A stretch of DNA of 64,000 bases from Planctomycetota bacterium (GTDB lineage Bacteria > Planctomycetota > B15-G4): NCBI GenBank assembly GCA_965248575.1, contig CBDFJQ010000002.1, forward strand, positions 3,584,001 through 3,648,000, in the 5' to 3' direction. Made by a program: the position numbers and the translations under genes. Below, one piece after another: positions 37,901 to 45,722 of this stretch (the first letter of the stretch is position 1; each line of letters opens with the position of its first letter). A model generated the notes under the pieces. The model was not told the origin of the DNA. It did not search any database and saw only the letters and a list, made by a program, of their open reading frames with translations.

Positions 37901-39173
37901 CCGTATCGTTCCTGCCCAGGGCGGCAGCGCCGTCCACGCCAGCGGCAAGGGGGCCCTGGCACAGCTGCGCCGTTGCGAGATCCCGGCTGCTGCCGCCGAC
38001 GGCCTGACCATCAGCGACGAGGCACGGCTGGAGATGACGGGTTGTGCGGTGGGCTTGCCCGGGCGCGAAGACGCCGGGAGCAGCATGCACCGCTTCCTCT
38101 TGGCCGACGTGCCGCGCTCCGTGCGTGTGACCGATTGCGTGTTCGGGCGGGATCATGTGCAAGGGCCCGAGACCCTCAGCGCAGGGCGGCTCGCGCGCAT
38201 CCAGCGTTCCAACACCCTGCGCGTGGAGGCGGATCAGGAGCAGTGGCCGTCTTGGGCTCTCAGGGGCTTGACGCACACCACCACGGTGACCCGTGCGCTC
38301 GAGTTGGCGGAGGCCGGAGCCACCATCCGCGTCGCCCCGGGTCTCTATCGCGAGAGCTTGCGACCGTCCCGAAGCGTGCGGCTCGTGGCGGACTCCCCGA
38401 ACGGGGAGGCGGTGGTGGTGGACGCTGGGACGAAGCCCTTCGCCATGCGCCTCGATGCACCGGTGTCGGTCTACGCCAAGGGTTTGACGTTCCGGCTCAG
38501 TGAACCCGCCTCGCCCCGCCAGCTGAGTGAAGCGGTGTCGGTGCGCGATGGGCAGCTGGAGTTGGAGGACTGCCGCATCGAGACGGGTGAGTCCTCAAGG
38601 GCCTGGAGGCCCCGGGGCCTGGCCGTAGGGAACGCCTCCTTTAATCGAGTGGGGGCTGCAAGCGCGGGTGCTTCCTCGGTCCAGCGGACCCCTGCCGAGC
38701 CCGGCAACGCACGCGCTGCCGATGGCTCCAGTTCCACGCCAGCGGGTGAGGAGACGGCCCAGGCCGCCGAGGGCTCATCGGATTCGTCCATCGAGGCGCC
38801 CAGGCTATCCGGTTCCTCAGAGACCCAAGCTGGCGAGCTCACAGCCGCTTTGGAGAAGGTGGCTTCGGTGGTCTTGCGCCGCTGCCGCATCACGAGCTCG
38901 GCCTTGGGCGTCAGCATCGACGGCGCCCACGAGGTGACGGTCTGGGACAGCGAGATCATCGGGCGCGTGGCAGGTGTGCGGCCCCGGGCTGGTGGCCGGG
39001 CGGATCTGGTGGCCACCACCATCCGCGGCTGCGAGAAGGGTGTGCAGTTGGACGGCCCGCTGTCTCTCGCGCGTTTGGAGGCCTGTGTGTTGTCCGGAAA
39101 CCAGGACGCCTGGGTGCTGCTGGACGGCGCAACGGAAGCCCAGCTGAGCGTGACAGCCACGAACGTGCGCTGA
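34929..39173 (+). CDS. Large lipoprotein: degenerate caspase-like domain, PEGA/carboxypeptidase-regulatory-like domain, helical/TPR region, right-handed beta-helix domains
   Basis: Lipobox LVSA|C; RFALLLG, MVYLSGQA, VLVTDVVR, TPFTEAFVQSL; LRVSAPGF; two DIGSAL..GPGVYTESL / APGLYRESL beta-helix caps. Start uncertain (34908-34929). Confidence 0.7.
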   Translation: MRGRSGSSGTSKQGRVHGGRVALLGLLGLVSACASDAAPTKVAGIPEPPSAIAEMVGVRLQGLRWGEASPELPGSEQRFALLLGGGSGGGPNAESTSAQTGFVEANLQRVREVLTECCHVAPNAQTALSGEALDAAAVQAAIADVVSRAKSPELLLMVYLSGQAVVDERGEVHYLTAHSRQRLDGQWEGSLTRAQLAGWLSEASEQVAEGGNSLRTVLVTDVVRPARSIQTPGVALQGRSGWELHASEHGRAGMVSAVRRDAAQDGGARAATPFTEAFVQSLESLAKEGRAAPVSLVLERTRSALVSQGAGHPTPELVRPESWMGQQPRLVAPRRISCSVVVLDALNDEPVRDAHLSVDSMSQARGDGPLPMAQLPGRHLLRVSAPGFLTRVEEFVVDVERSGRPLEVRLLPNLVQVKGWVSPPGNVTVSVDGLPESAIREGFHVVRATASEDGSFQLRLPAVGPEVKLVVSRGSKAIVRKPLPVAPERYLNGPDDVLEGLGLMDLGPVRMPDGHPMDLLHAAADELERAGGAGALPVPSGFDDPSELVAPVWFSEQDSERWKSFRVAVKAFDWNPALAHLEALSPRMDPTLAEAWRGWVELKVCADLPEVALIEARRETMPSNRPLLRLALTSRVLAAYLERASAWASTGDAQTVAALQAVPLSLLDDEVGPYRDSLAQAVEQRSYGIAATLLLRLAEESRWTDALDAMASLGANGTWGTLAFVEMRREALAASLEAELDTALGEGLAAQDWRRSDRILNWMTLHGERLGLNSTRALLAFAERIAVERVPADVHELYEQAQGAFLEGQTVEADVLYGQLEGRMRERYTDYVLSQRDRLGPQLYVRHAKEAESLELEGRLDEAAAAYGRALSFDRRAAADLLRLGRATPGVQLVTADGRAGYSDIGSALAQSLPGAAVLVGPGVYTESLTLKGSRVLLGVGGDVDIVSPSGAALSVEAGSDVEVSGVTLRSRSPGVATVRLQSASLLLDACRIVPAQGGSAVHASGKGALAQLRRCEIPAAAADGLTISDEARLEMTGCAVGLPGREDAGSSMHRFLLADVPRSVRVTDCVFGRDHVQGPETLSAGRLARIQRSNTLRVEADQEQWPSWALRGLTHTTTVTRALELAEAGATIRVAPGLYRESLRPSRSVRLVADSPNGEAVVVDAGTKPFAMRLDAPVSVYAKGLTFRLSEPASPRQLSEAVSVRDGQLELEDCRIETGESSRAWRPRGLAVGNASFNRVGAASAGASSVQRTPAEPGNARAADGSSSTPAGEETAQAAEGSSDSSIEAPRLSGSSETQAGELTAALEKVASVVLRRCRITSSALGVSIDGAHEVTVWDSEIIGRVAGVRPRAGGRADLVATTIRGCEKGVQLDGPLSLARLEACVLSGNQDAWVLLDGATEAQLSVTATNVR

Positions 39174-39186
39174 AGGGCAACGCCGC

Positions 39187-41973
39187 TCAGCGCTGGGCGC
39201 CGTCCGACTCGTCGCCCCCGAGGTAGCCCAAGGCGCGCAAGGCGTCGAGTTGGTGGGCGTCCATGCTGGGTGCGCCTCGGTCGACATCTGCTTCCTCGGC
39301 AGGGCCGTCGAACAGGTGCAGCCCGGCGCGGCCGCTCTGGAGCAGACGCTTGAGCTGGCCCGGCTCGTAGCGGGTGAACTGTCGCGAGACGGGTTTGGAG
39401 CTGCCCACGCCGATCGGGCCTGTGGTGGTCAGGCGGGCGACCAGGACCAGGTCGTCCGTCGAGTCCCCTTGGAAGGACGCGCTGCCGTCTTCGTCGACCT
39501 CGCCCGTGAGTCCATGGATCGAGACGGCTGAGTCGACACCTCTCACATGGAAGGCGTAGTGCATCCCAGGCGAGGTTCCGATGACCACCATGTAGTGGCC
39601 GGGGCGGTGCAGCATGACGTAGTCGAGGATCTGGGTTCGCATGGCCTTGAGCACGTCGGCGTTGCTCTCTGCGACGTTGACCTGTTCTTCAGGGTCGGCC
39701 CGGAGGTCGAACAAGGACTCGGTCGAGCGTGGCCGGCGCCAGGACTTGGAGATGTACTTCCAGTCCTGGGTGCGCAGGGCCAATCCACCGTTGTGTGTTT
39801 CCGTGACGGCGAGGCGGTCGGGCGCGTCGGCCGTGTCCGCAGCCAGCAGCGGGGCGAGGGACTCTGCGTGGATGTCGTTGGGCACGGGAAGGCCAGCGAG
39901 TTCCAGGAGCGTGGGCATGACGTCGAAAGCGCGGACTTGGGTCTTCACCACCTTGCCGCGTGCGGCGCCGGAGTTGGCGGGCTTGACGATGAGCGGGACG
40001 CGGATGCCTTCGTCGTAGAGCTTGCCCAGGGAATGCCCGAAGCTGCCGTGCTCCCAGAAGGCCTCGCCGTGGTCGGAGACGAACACGATCGTGGCGCTGT
40101 CGTAGAGGTCGCGCTGCTTGAGCTCGTCGAGCAAGGCGCCGATGCGATCGTCGACGTAGGCCACCTCGCCGTCGTACATGTTCTTCGCGAACTGCCGGGT
40201 CTTCTCGGAGACCGGGGGCTTGCCGATGTAGTACGGGAGTTCGAGCCACTCGGAGACGGGGCCGAAGGCGTTATCAAAAGGAGCGGGTTGAGTGAACGGC
40301 TGATGCGGGTCGTTGAAGTGCAGGAACAGGAAGTTCTGTAGACCTGTGCGGGAGTCCAGCCACTCCATGGCCTTGCCCAGGTTCTCGTCCGCGTGCGTCA
40401 CCTCTTGCGGTGCGATGAAGGACACGTCGAAGCCCTGGTCGTAGCCGCTGTTGTAGAGCGGTGCCTTGTAGGCGATGGACTGGGTGGACCAGCCGTGGGC
40501 GCGGAAGCGCTCGGCCAAGGTCTCGAAGCGCTCGGGCAACCGGGCCCAGAGCGAACCGGCCACCCACACGCCGTGCTGGGAGGGCACCAAGCCCGTGAGG
40601 ATCGACGCGAAGGAGGGGCAGGTCCAGGTGGAGTTGCTGACGACCTGATCGAAGCGCACGCCGTCCGCGGCGAGGGCGTCGAGCTGCGGTGAGGTGTTGC
40701 GCGAGTACCCGTAGGACGACAGGCGGTCGGCGCGCAGGGTGTCGACGGCGATCAGGATCACGGTCTGCGCTGCCTCGTCGGGCGGGCGCTGGCCGATCAT
40801 CGGCGTACCCCACATGGGGTGGGTGTCGCGGGTCTCCGAGCTCGTTCTCAGGGTGAGAGTGAAAGGCCTGTCTGCATAGGCGGACAGATCGATCTGCGCT
40901 TCGTGCCAGCTCCACTCGCTGGGCCGGGCGGTGAGGGTTTCGGACCAGAGCACGTCCTGCTCACCTTCGCACTCTGCGAGCACGGCGAACTCAGCGCTGC
41001 TCCCGGCTTGGGTCTGTCGCGCGAGACAATACGAGAAGCCCAGCGTGGCGCTCGGGCCGAGGGTCAGGGGGAAGCCGAGGGCGGTGGGCGGCGGAGCATA
41101 GAGCGCATTGCGGACGGAGTAGTTGTCCTCCAAGGACTTCACCTGGCTGCCGCCGGGCAGCAGGGGTGGGAACTGGCCTCGCTTGCGCATGCCGAGCGCG
41201 GGGTCCGCATCCTCGGCGAGGTCCTGGGCCTTCAAGAAGCCGATGGAGTGCTCTGGCGTGGGGTCCAGTCGGGTCAGGCGGATGTCATCGAACCAGGCTT
41301 CCGCGTCGCCCTCTTTCGAAAGCGTGCCCCGCGCCGCGTCTCCGGGCGTTTTCCGCAGCAGGATCAGCACGGCTTTCGTGTTGGGCATGCTGGAGAAGGC
41401 GACTGAGGCGTCCTGCCAGCTGCCGTCTGGCAGCGGCGCGTCGAGCTGGTGGGTCTTGGAGAGCGCCTGATCTCGGCCCACCGCCGTGGTCAGTTGCTCG
41501 AAGCTCATCAGCTCGGGGATTTCCACGACCGTGAGGTCGGCGACGATTGGCACCGTGCTGCGGGCCCGGCGTTCGAAGACGTAATGCGTCTTGGGCTGCA
41601 CGGGGACCGTCCAGGAGCGGACGCCCTTCATGGTCTGTGCGCTCATGCGCAGGGCGTGGCCTGCTTCGGTTTCAACGACCGTGCCGAGCGAGGGCGTGTC
41701 GCTGCCCTCTGCTTCCGGCGCGATCGCTTCGAAGTCCTCCATGAAGACGACGTCCCGGGGGATGTTGCCCAGCTGTTCAAGCGAGGTGACCGCAGGTACA
41801 TCCACGAGTGGGCTGCTGATGGAGGCGCTGTGGAGTCGGTCCGCGAGGCGGATCAGGCTCGACCGCGAGGGGGTCTCGTTCAGCGTGTCCGCCGGGGAGT
41901 CCCCGCAGGCAAGGTTGGCCAGGGCCATGGCACAGACGAGTGCCGCGATCAGCGCGTTGCGGTGAGCTCTCAT
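39187..41973 (-). CDS. Sulfatase-like (alkaline phosphatase superfamily) lipoprotein with N-terminal carbohydrate-binding-like domains
   Basis: Lipobox NLA|C; IAVDTLRAD, WTCPSFASILTG, DPHQP, YDGEVAYVD, SDHGE, LRALGY. Confidence 0.88.
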   Translation of the reverse strand: MRAHRNALIAALVCAMALANLACGDSPADTLNETPSRSSLIRLADRLHSASISSPLVDVPAVTSLEQLGNIPRDVVFMEDFEAIAPEAEGSDTPSLGTVVETEAGHALRMSAQTMKGVRSWTVPVQPKTHYVFERRARSTVPIVADLTVVEIPELMSFEQLTTAVGRDQALSKTHQLDAPLPDGSWQDASVAFSSMPNTKAVLILLRKTPGDAARGTLSKEGDAEAWFDDIRLTRLDPTPEHSIGFLKAQDLAEDADPALGMRKRGQFPPLLPGGSQVKSLEDNYSVRNALYAPPPTALGFPLTLGPSATLGFSYCLARQTQAGSSAEFAVLAECEGEQDVLWSETLTARPSEWSWHEAQIDLSAYADRPFTLTLRTSSETRDTHPMWGTPMIGQRPPDEAAQTVILIAVDTLRADRLSSYGYSRNTSPQLDALAADGVRFDQVVSNSTWTCPSFASILTGLVPSQHGVWVAGSLWARLPERFETLAERFRAHGWSTQSIAYKAPLYNSGYDQGFDVSFIAPQEVTHADENLGKAMEWLDSRTGLQNFLFLHFNDPHQPFTQPAPFDNAFGPVSEWLELPYYIGKPPVSEKTRQFAKNMYDGEVAYVDDRIGALLDELKQRDLYDSATIVFVSDHGEAFWEHGSFGHSLGKLYDEGIRVPLIVKPANSGAARGKVVKTQVRAFDVMPTLLELAGLPVPNDIHAESLAPLLAADTADAPDRLAVTETHNGGLALRTQDWKYISKSWRRPRSTESLFDLRADPEEQVNVAESNADVLKAMRTQILDYVMLHRPGHYMVVIGTSPGMHYAFHVRGVDSAVSIHGLTGEVDEDGSASFQGDSTDDLVLVARLTTTGPIGVGSSKPVSRQFTRYEPGQLKRLLQSGRAGLHLFDGPAEEADVDRGAPSMDAHQLDALRALGYLGGDESDGAQR

Positions 41974-41980
41974 GCCCGTT

Positions 41981-43174
41981 CTAGACCCCCAACCGCTCCA
42001 TCACTGCGCGCACGATCAACGGCCATGCGATGGTCGCGTCGGCCTTCACCTCGGCCCAGCGGCCGCCTTCTGCGGCGGGGACGATCTTGCCCCAGCTGAC
42101 GCTCTCGCTGTAGTCACAGCCCGAGAGCCCACCCCAGTGCACGGGCTCGGGGCAGAGGCGCACGGCGTAGCGGTAGCGCAGGGGCTCGCGGGCCATGCTG
42201 GGCACGCGCTTGCCGAGGATGTCGATGTAGGGCGCGATCTGCTGGGCCCAGTTGCGGGGCACGCCGCCGCCGATGGTGAAGATGCCGTGCACCGAGGCTT
42301 CCGTGAACGTCTTGTGGAAGTGGTCCAGGTCGCGGAAGGGGTCATAGCTGAGCGGGCGCTGGCCGGCCACGCGCCGGGCGTGGTTGTTGGTGGCGAAGTC
42401 GAGGCCCAGCTCGCTGTCGGTGAAGGCCGGGACGTAGATCGGCACACCGTGTTGGGCGGCGGACTTCAGGGGGCCGCGCCCTTCGGTGTTCTGGATCAGC
42501 CATTGGCCGATGGCGGCGTTGATCTCGTGGCTGCTTGTGGTCTGCTCGTCGCTGAGGGACCCCAGCACCTGCGCCATGATGCGCTCGGTGTCGTCGAGGT
42601 TCTGCTCCAGCTCGATCGTGTCGTAGACGCGGTTGTAGCCGCGCTCGAACAACTCGTCGTCGGGCATGCTGCGGTCGTGGGCGAAGTGCTGCATGCCCAG
42701 GGACTCCACCAGCCCGTGGGCCATGAGTGCGCCGGTGGAGACGATGGCCTGGACCCAGCCGCGCTCGATCATCTCGCAGATGACGAGGCCTTGCTTGGCG
42801 ATGGTCATGGCCCCGGAGAGGGTCATGACCACATGGCAGGCGGGGTCACGCACCATGGCTTCGAGCACGTCCGCCGCCTCACCGAGGCTGCGACCACCGA
42901 AGCTGGTGCCACCCATACCGCGCACCAGGGCGTCCACCGAGTCGGTGGCCCCCAGGTCGAGGGAGTGCAGCGGCCGCAGCCCGTCCTCGTGGCCATCGTG
43001 CAGGGTCTGGCGCAGGCCGTCGGAGTCGTCCGGGATCGCGGCGGGCTCAGAGGCCGAGGTCGTGTCCTCGGGGTTCAAGGGCCCGTCGCGCGTGTCGGAT
43101 CCATCAGCCTGCGGGTCGCCCTTGCCCTGCTCGTCGTCCGGACGGGGCGTGCCGCAGGGGTAGGCCCCGCTCAC
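41981..43174 (-). CDS. Deoxyhypusine synthase-like protein (probable homospermidine synthase)
   Basis: TLSGAMT, VSTGA, PAFTDSELG, GGGVPRNW, WGGLSG..YSESVSWGK (catalytic Lys), DATIAWP. Confidence 0.9.
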   Translation of the reverse strand: MSGAYPCGTPRPDDEQGKGDPQADGSDTRDGPLNPEDTTSASEPAAIPDDSDGLRQTLHDGHEDGLRPLHSLDLGATDSVDALVRGMGGTSFGGRSLGEAADVLEAMVRDPACHVVMTLSGAMTIAKQGLVICEMIERGWVQAIVSTGALMAHGLVESLGMQHFAHDRSMPDDELFERGYNRVYDTIELEQNLDDTERIMAQVLGSLSDEQTTSSHEINAAIGQWLIQNTEGRGPLKSAAQHGVPIYVPAFTDSELGLDFATNNHARRVAGQRPLSYDPFRDLDHFHKTFTEASVHGIFTIGGGVPRNWAQQIAPYIDILGKRVPSMAREPLRYRYAVRLCPEPVHWGGLSGCDYSESVSWGKIVPAAEGGRWAEVKADATIAWPLIVRAVMERLGV

Positions 43175-44322
43175 GACACCTTGGCCCCGCCGTGCTCCTG
43201 CACCAGGTCCATGAAGCGCCTGAAGAGATAGAACGCATCCCAGGGTCCGGGCGAGGCTTCCGGGTGGTACTGCACCGTGAACAAGGGCAAGTCCTTGTGG
43301 CGCAGACCTTCCACCGTGCGGTCGTTCAGGTTCTCGTGGGTGATCTCCACCATGCCCATGTCGAGGGTCGTGGCGTCCACCACATAGCTGTGGTTCTGGC
43401 TGGTGATCTCGGTGCGCTCGGTGGTCAGGTCGATGACCGGTTGGTTCACGCCGTGGTGCCCGAACTTCATCTTGGCCGTCTTGCCGCCTAGCGCGAGGGC
43501 CGTGAGCTGGTGTCCGAGGCAGATGCCGAAGGTGGGCAGCCCGCCTTCGACCAGGTCGCGGATGGTTTCGATGGCGTAGGTCAGGGGTTCCGGGTCGCCG
43601 GGACCGTTGCTCAAGAACAAGCAGTCGGGGGCCGTCTCCTTGATCTCTGCGGCCGGCGTGCTGGCCGGGTAGACCGTTACGTCGAAGCCCACCTCGTGCA
43701 GGCCGCGCAGCATGTTGCGCTTGACGCCGAAGTCCATGACCGCCAGGCGCGGACGTTCTTTGCAGACCTGCTCCAGCGTGGGCAAGAAGGGTTCGTCGAG
43801 GCCGGAAGACCAGTGCTCCTTGGTCTGGCGCGTCACCGCCTGCACGATGTCGATGCCGTGCAGCCCAGGCCAGCTGAGCACCTTGGCCTTCAGCGACTCG
43901 GGGTCGTCATCGACGCTCGAGAGGATGGCGCGCATGGAGCCCTTCTCGCGCACCTTGCGCACGATGGCGCGGGTGTCGACACCCTGCAGCCCGACGATGC
44001 CTCGCTCCCGCAACCAACTGGAGAGGTCGGTCGTCGCGCGATGGTTGCTGACGATGGGCGACAGCTCCTTGATGACGAAGCCATCGAGGTAGCAGCTGTT
44101 GGACTCCATGTCCTGCTCGTTGATGCCGGTGTTGCCGATCAACGGGTAGGTCATGAGCACGATCTGGCCACGGTAGCTGGGGTCCGTAAGGACCTCCTGG
44201 TAGCCGGACATGGCCGTGTTGAAGACCAGCTCGCCGCAGGACTCGCCGTCGTAGCCGAAGTGGGTGCCCTTGTGGACGTCGCCGTCCTCGAACACCAGAA
44301 GACAGGGCTTTGTGGTACGCAT
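43171..44322 (-). CDS. carA: Carbamoyl-phosphate synthase small subunit
   Basis: GELVFNTAMSGYQEVLTDPSY, LSNGPGDP, GICLGHQ, VQYHPEASPGP. Confidence 0.97.
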   Translation of the reverse strand: MRTTKPCLLVFEDGDVHKGTHFGYDGESCGELVFNTAMSGYQEVLTDPSYRGQIVLMTYPLIGNTGINEQDMESNSCYLDGFVIKELSPIVSNHRATTDLSSWLRERGIVGLQGVDTRAIVRKVREKGSMRAILSSVDDDPESLKAKVLSWPGLHGIDIVQAVTRQTKEHWSSGLDEPFLPTLEQVCKERPRLAVMDFGVKRNMLRGLHEVGFDVTVYPASTPAAEIKETAPDCLFLSNGPGDPEPLTYAIETIRDLVEGGLPTFGICLGHQLTALALGGKTAKMKFGHHGVNQPVIDLTTERTEITSQNHSYVVDATTLDMGMVEITHENLNDRTVEGLRHKDLPLFTVQYHPEASPGPWDAFYLFRRFMDLVQEHGGAKVS

Positions 44323-44381
44323 CCCGGCATCCTACCGGGGTCTGGCGCGGCCCGTCGAGGCACTGGCTGGGGTTCTGTGGC

Positions 44382-45407
44382 TCAGTCCGCTCGGGGGGCG
44401 GCATCCAGGGAGAGGTCGGCGCTGACGCCTTGCTCCAGCAGGTGGTAGCCGAGGCCTGCGATCATCACGGCGTTGTCCGTGGCCAGCTGGCGGCTGGGGA
44501 GGTAGAGCGGTAGCCCGAGGGCGTCCGCTTCCCCCTGCATCCGGGCCCGGAGCGCGCTGTTGGCGGCCACGCCTCCACAGATCAGCAGCCCCCGGGCGTC
44601 CAGGGACCTGGCCGCCTGCACGAGACGGTTGGCGAGCACGTCCACCACCGCGGCCTGAAAGGAGGCGGCGAGGTCCGGGAAGTTCAGGTCGGGCAGCAGG
44701 GGCGTGCCCCGGCGGGCATTGGGGCCCCGGGTGGCATAGCGCACCGCGGTCTTCAGCCCAGAAAAGGAGAAGTCGAGGCCGTCCACCTTGCTGCGGGGAA
44801 AGGGATAGGCCTTGGGGTCGCCCGTGACGGCCAGCTTGTCGATGATGGGGCCGCCGGGGTAGCCGAGCTCCAGCAGGGCCGACACCTTGTCGTAGGCCTC
44901 GCCGGCCGCGTCGTCGATGGTGCGACCGATGCGCCGGTGGCGGGTGGGCCCGGTGCTCTCATAAAGGGAGGTGTGCCCACCGGAAACCACCAGTGAGGCG
45001 ATGGGCCAGTTGCCGTCCTCCAGGACCTCACCCGGCGCTTCCATCAGGGCGCCGTAGACGTGGCCGTGGACGTGGTTGACCGGGATGATCGGTTTGCCCA
45101 GCGCCATGGCCAGGCCCTTGGTGGCCGACAGGCCCACGAGCAGGCAACCCACCAGGCCCGGGGTGTTCGTGACGGCCAGGGCGTCCACATCGGCCAGGGT
45201 CTTGCCGGCTGCGCTGAGGGTGTCCTCCACCACGGGGAAGAGCGCCTCGAGGTGGCTGCGGCTGGCCACCTCCGGGATCACGCCCCCGAAGCGGGCGTGG
45301 AGATCGACTTGGCTGGCGACCCGCTCCCCGAGCACCTCGCGCCCGTCGCGCACCAGGGCAGCGGCGGTTTCGTCGCAGGAAGATTCGAGGCCGAGCACGA
45401 GGGTCAT
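44382..45407 (-). CDS. tsaD: tRNA N6-adenosine threonylcarbamoyltransferase
   Basis: LGLESSCDET, GGVIPEVASRSH, VNHVHGH, VSGGHT, DDAAGEAYDK, GGVAANS, TDNAVMI; start ATG 45407. Confidence 0.97.
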   Translation of the reverse strand: MTLVLGLESSCDETAAALVRDGREVLGERVASQVDLHARFGGVIPEVASRSHLEALFPVVEDTLSAAGKTLADVDALAVTNTPGLVGCLLVGLSATKGLAMALGKPIIPVNHVHGHVYGALMEAPGEVLEDGNWPIASLVVSGGHTSLYESTGPTRHRRIGRTIDDAAGEAYDKVSALLELGYPGGPIIDKLAVTGDPKAYPFPRSKVDGLDFSFSGLKTAVRYATRGPNARRGTPLLPDLNFPDLAASFQAAVVDVLANRLVQAARSLDARGLLICGGVAANSALRARMQGEADALGLPLYLPSRQLATDNAVMIAGLGYHLLEQGVSADLSLDAAPRAD

Positions 45408-45722
45408 GGGGTGGGTTTTTTTTGGAGGGCCGAGCCCGATCTGGGTGGCCAGGCACTGGCTGAAAGCTGGGTCGCGGGCCCTGCCGGTCGAGAGGGCGCG
45501 CCAGGATACCCCTTGAAAGGGGGGCAGAGCCGCCCAGTTCGGCATTCCGTTCCCAGGAGTCGTGGCCCGTCCTACCGATTGCCGGTCCCCCGGTCGGCCC
45601 GGGCCCGACTGGCCGCAGGAGGCGTTCCCGGGGGAAGCGGGGCGATCCCTCTCAAGGCCGTGCTCAATCCTTACCGATAGGCGCGGTTCCTATGTATCGC
45701 GACCGATGCGTACCCCGTGAGG

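Noticed and set aside
45650..45710. Sigma-28-like TCAAG...CCGATA promoter before the 914-aa gene
   Set aside because: Spacing is off and the -10 lacks the leading G; too weak.
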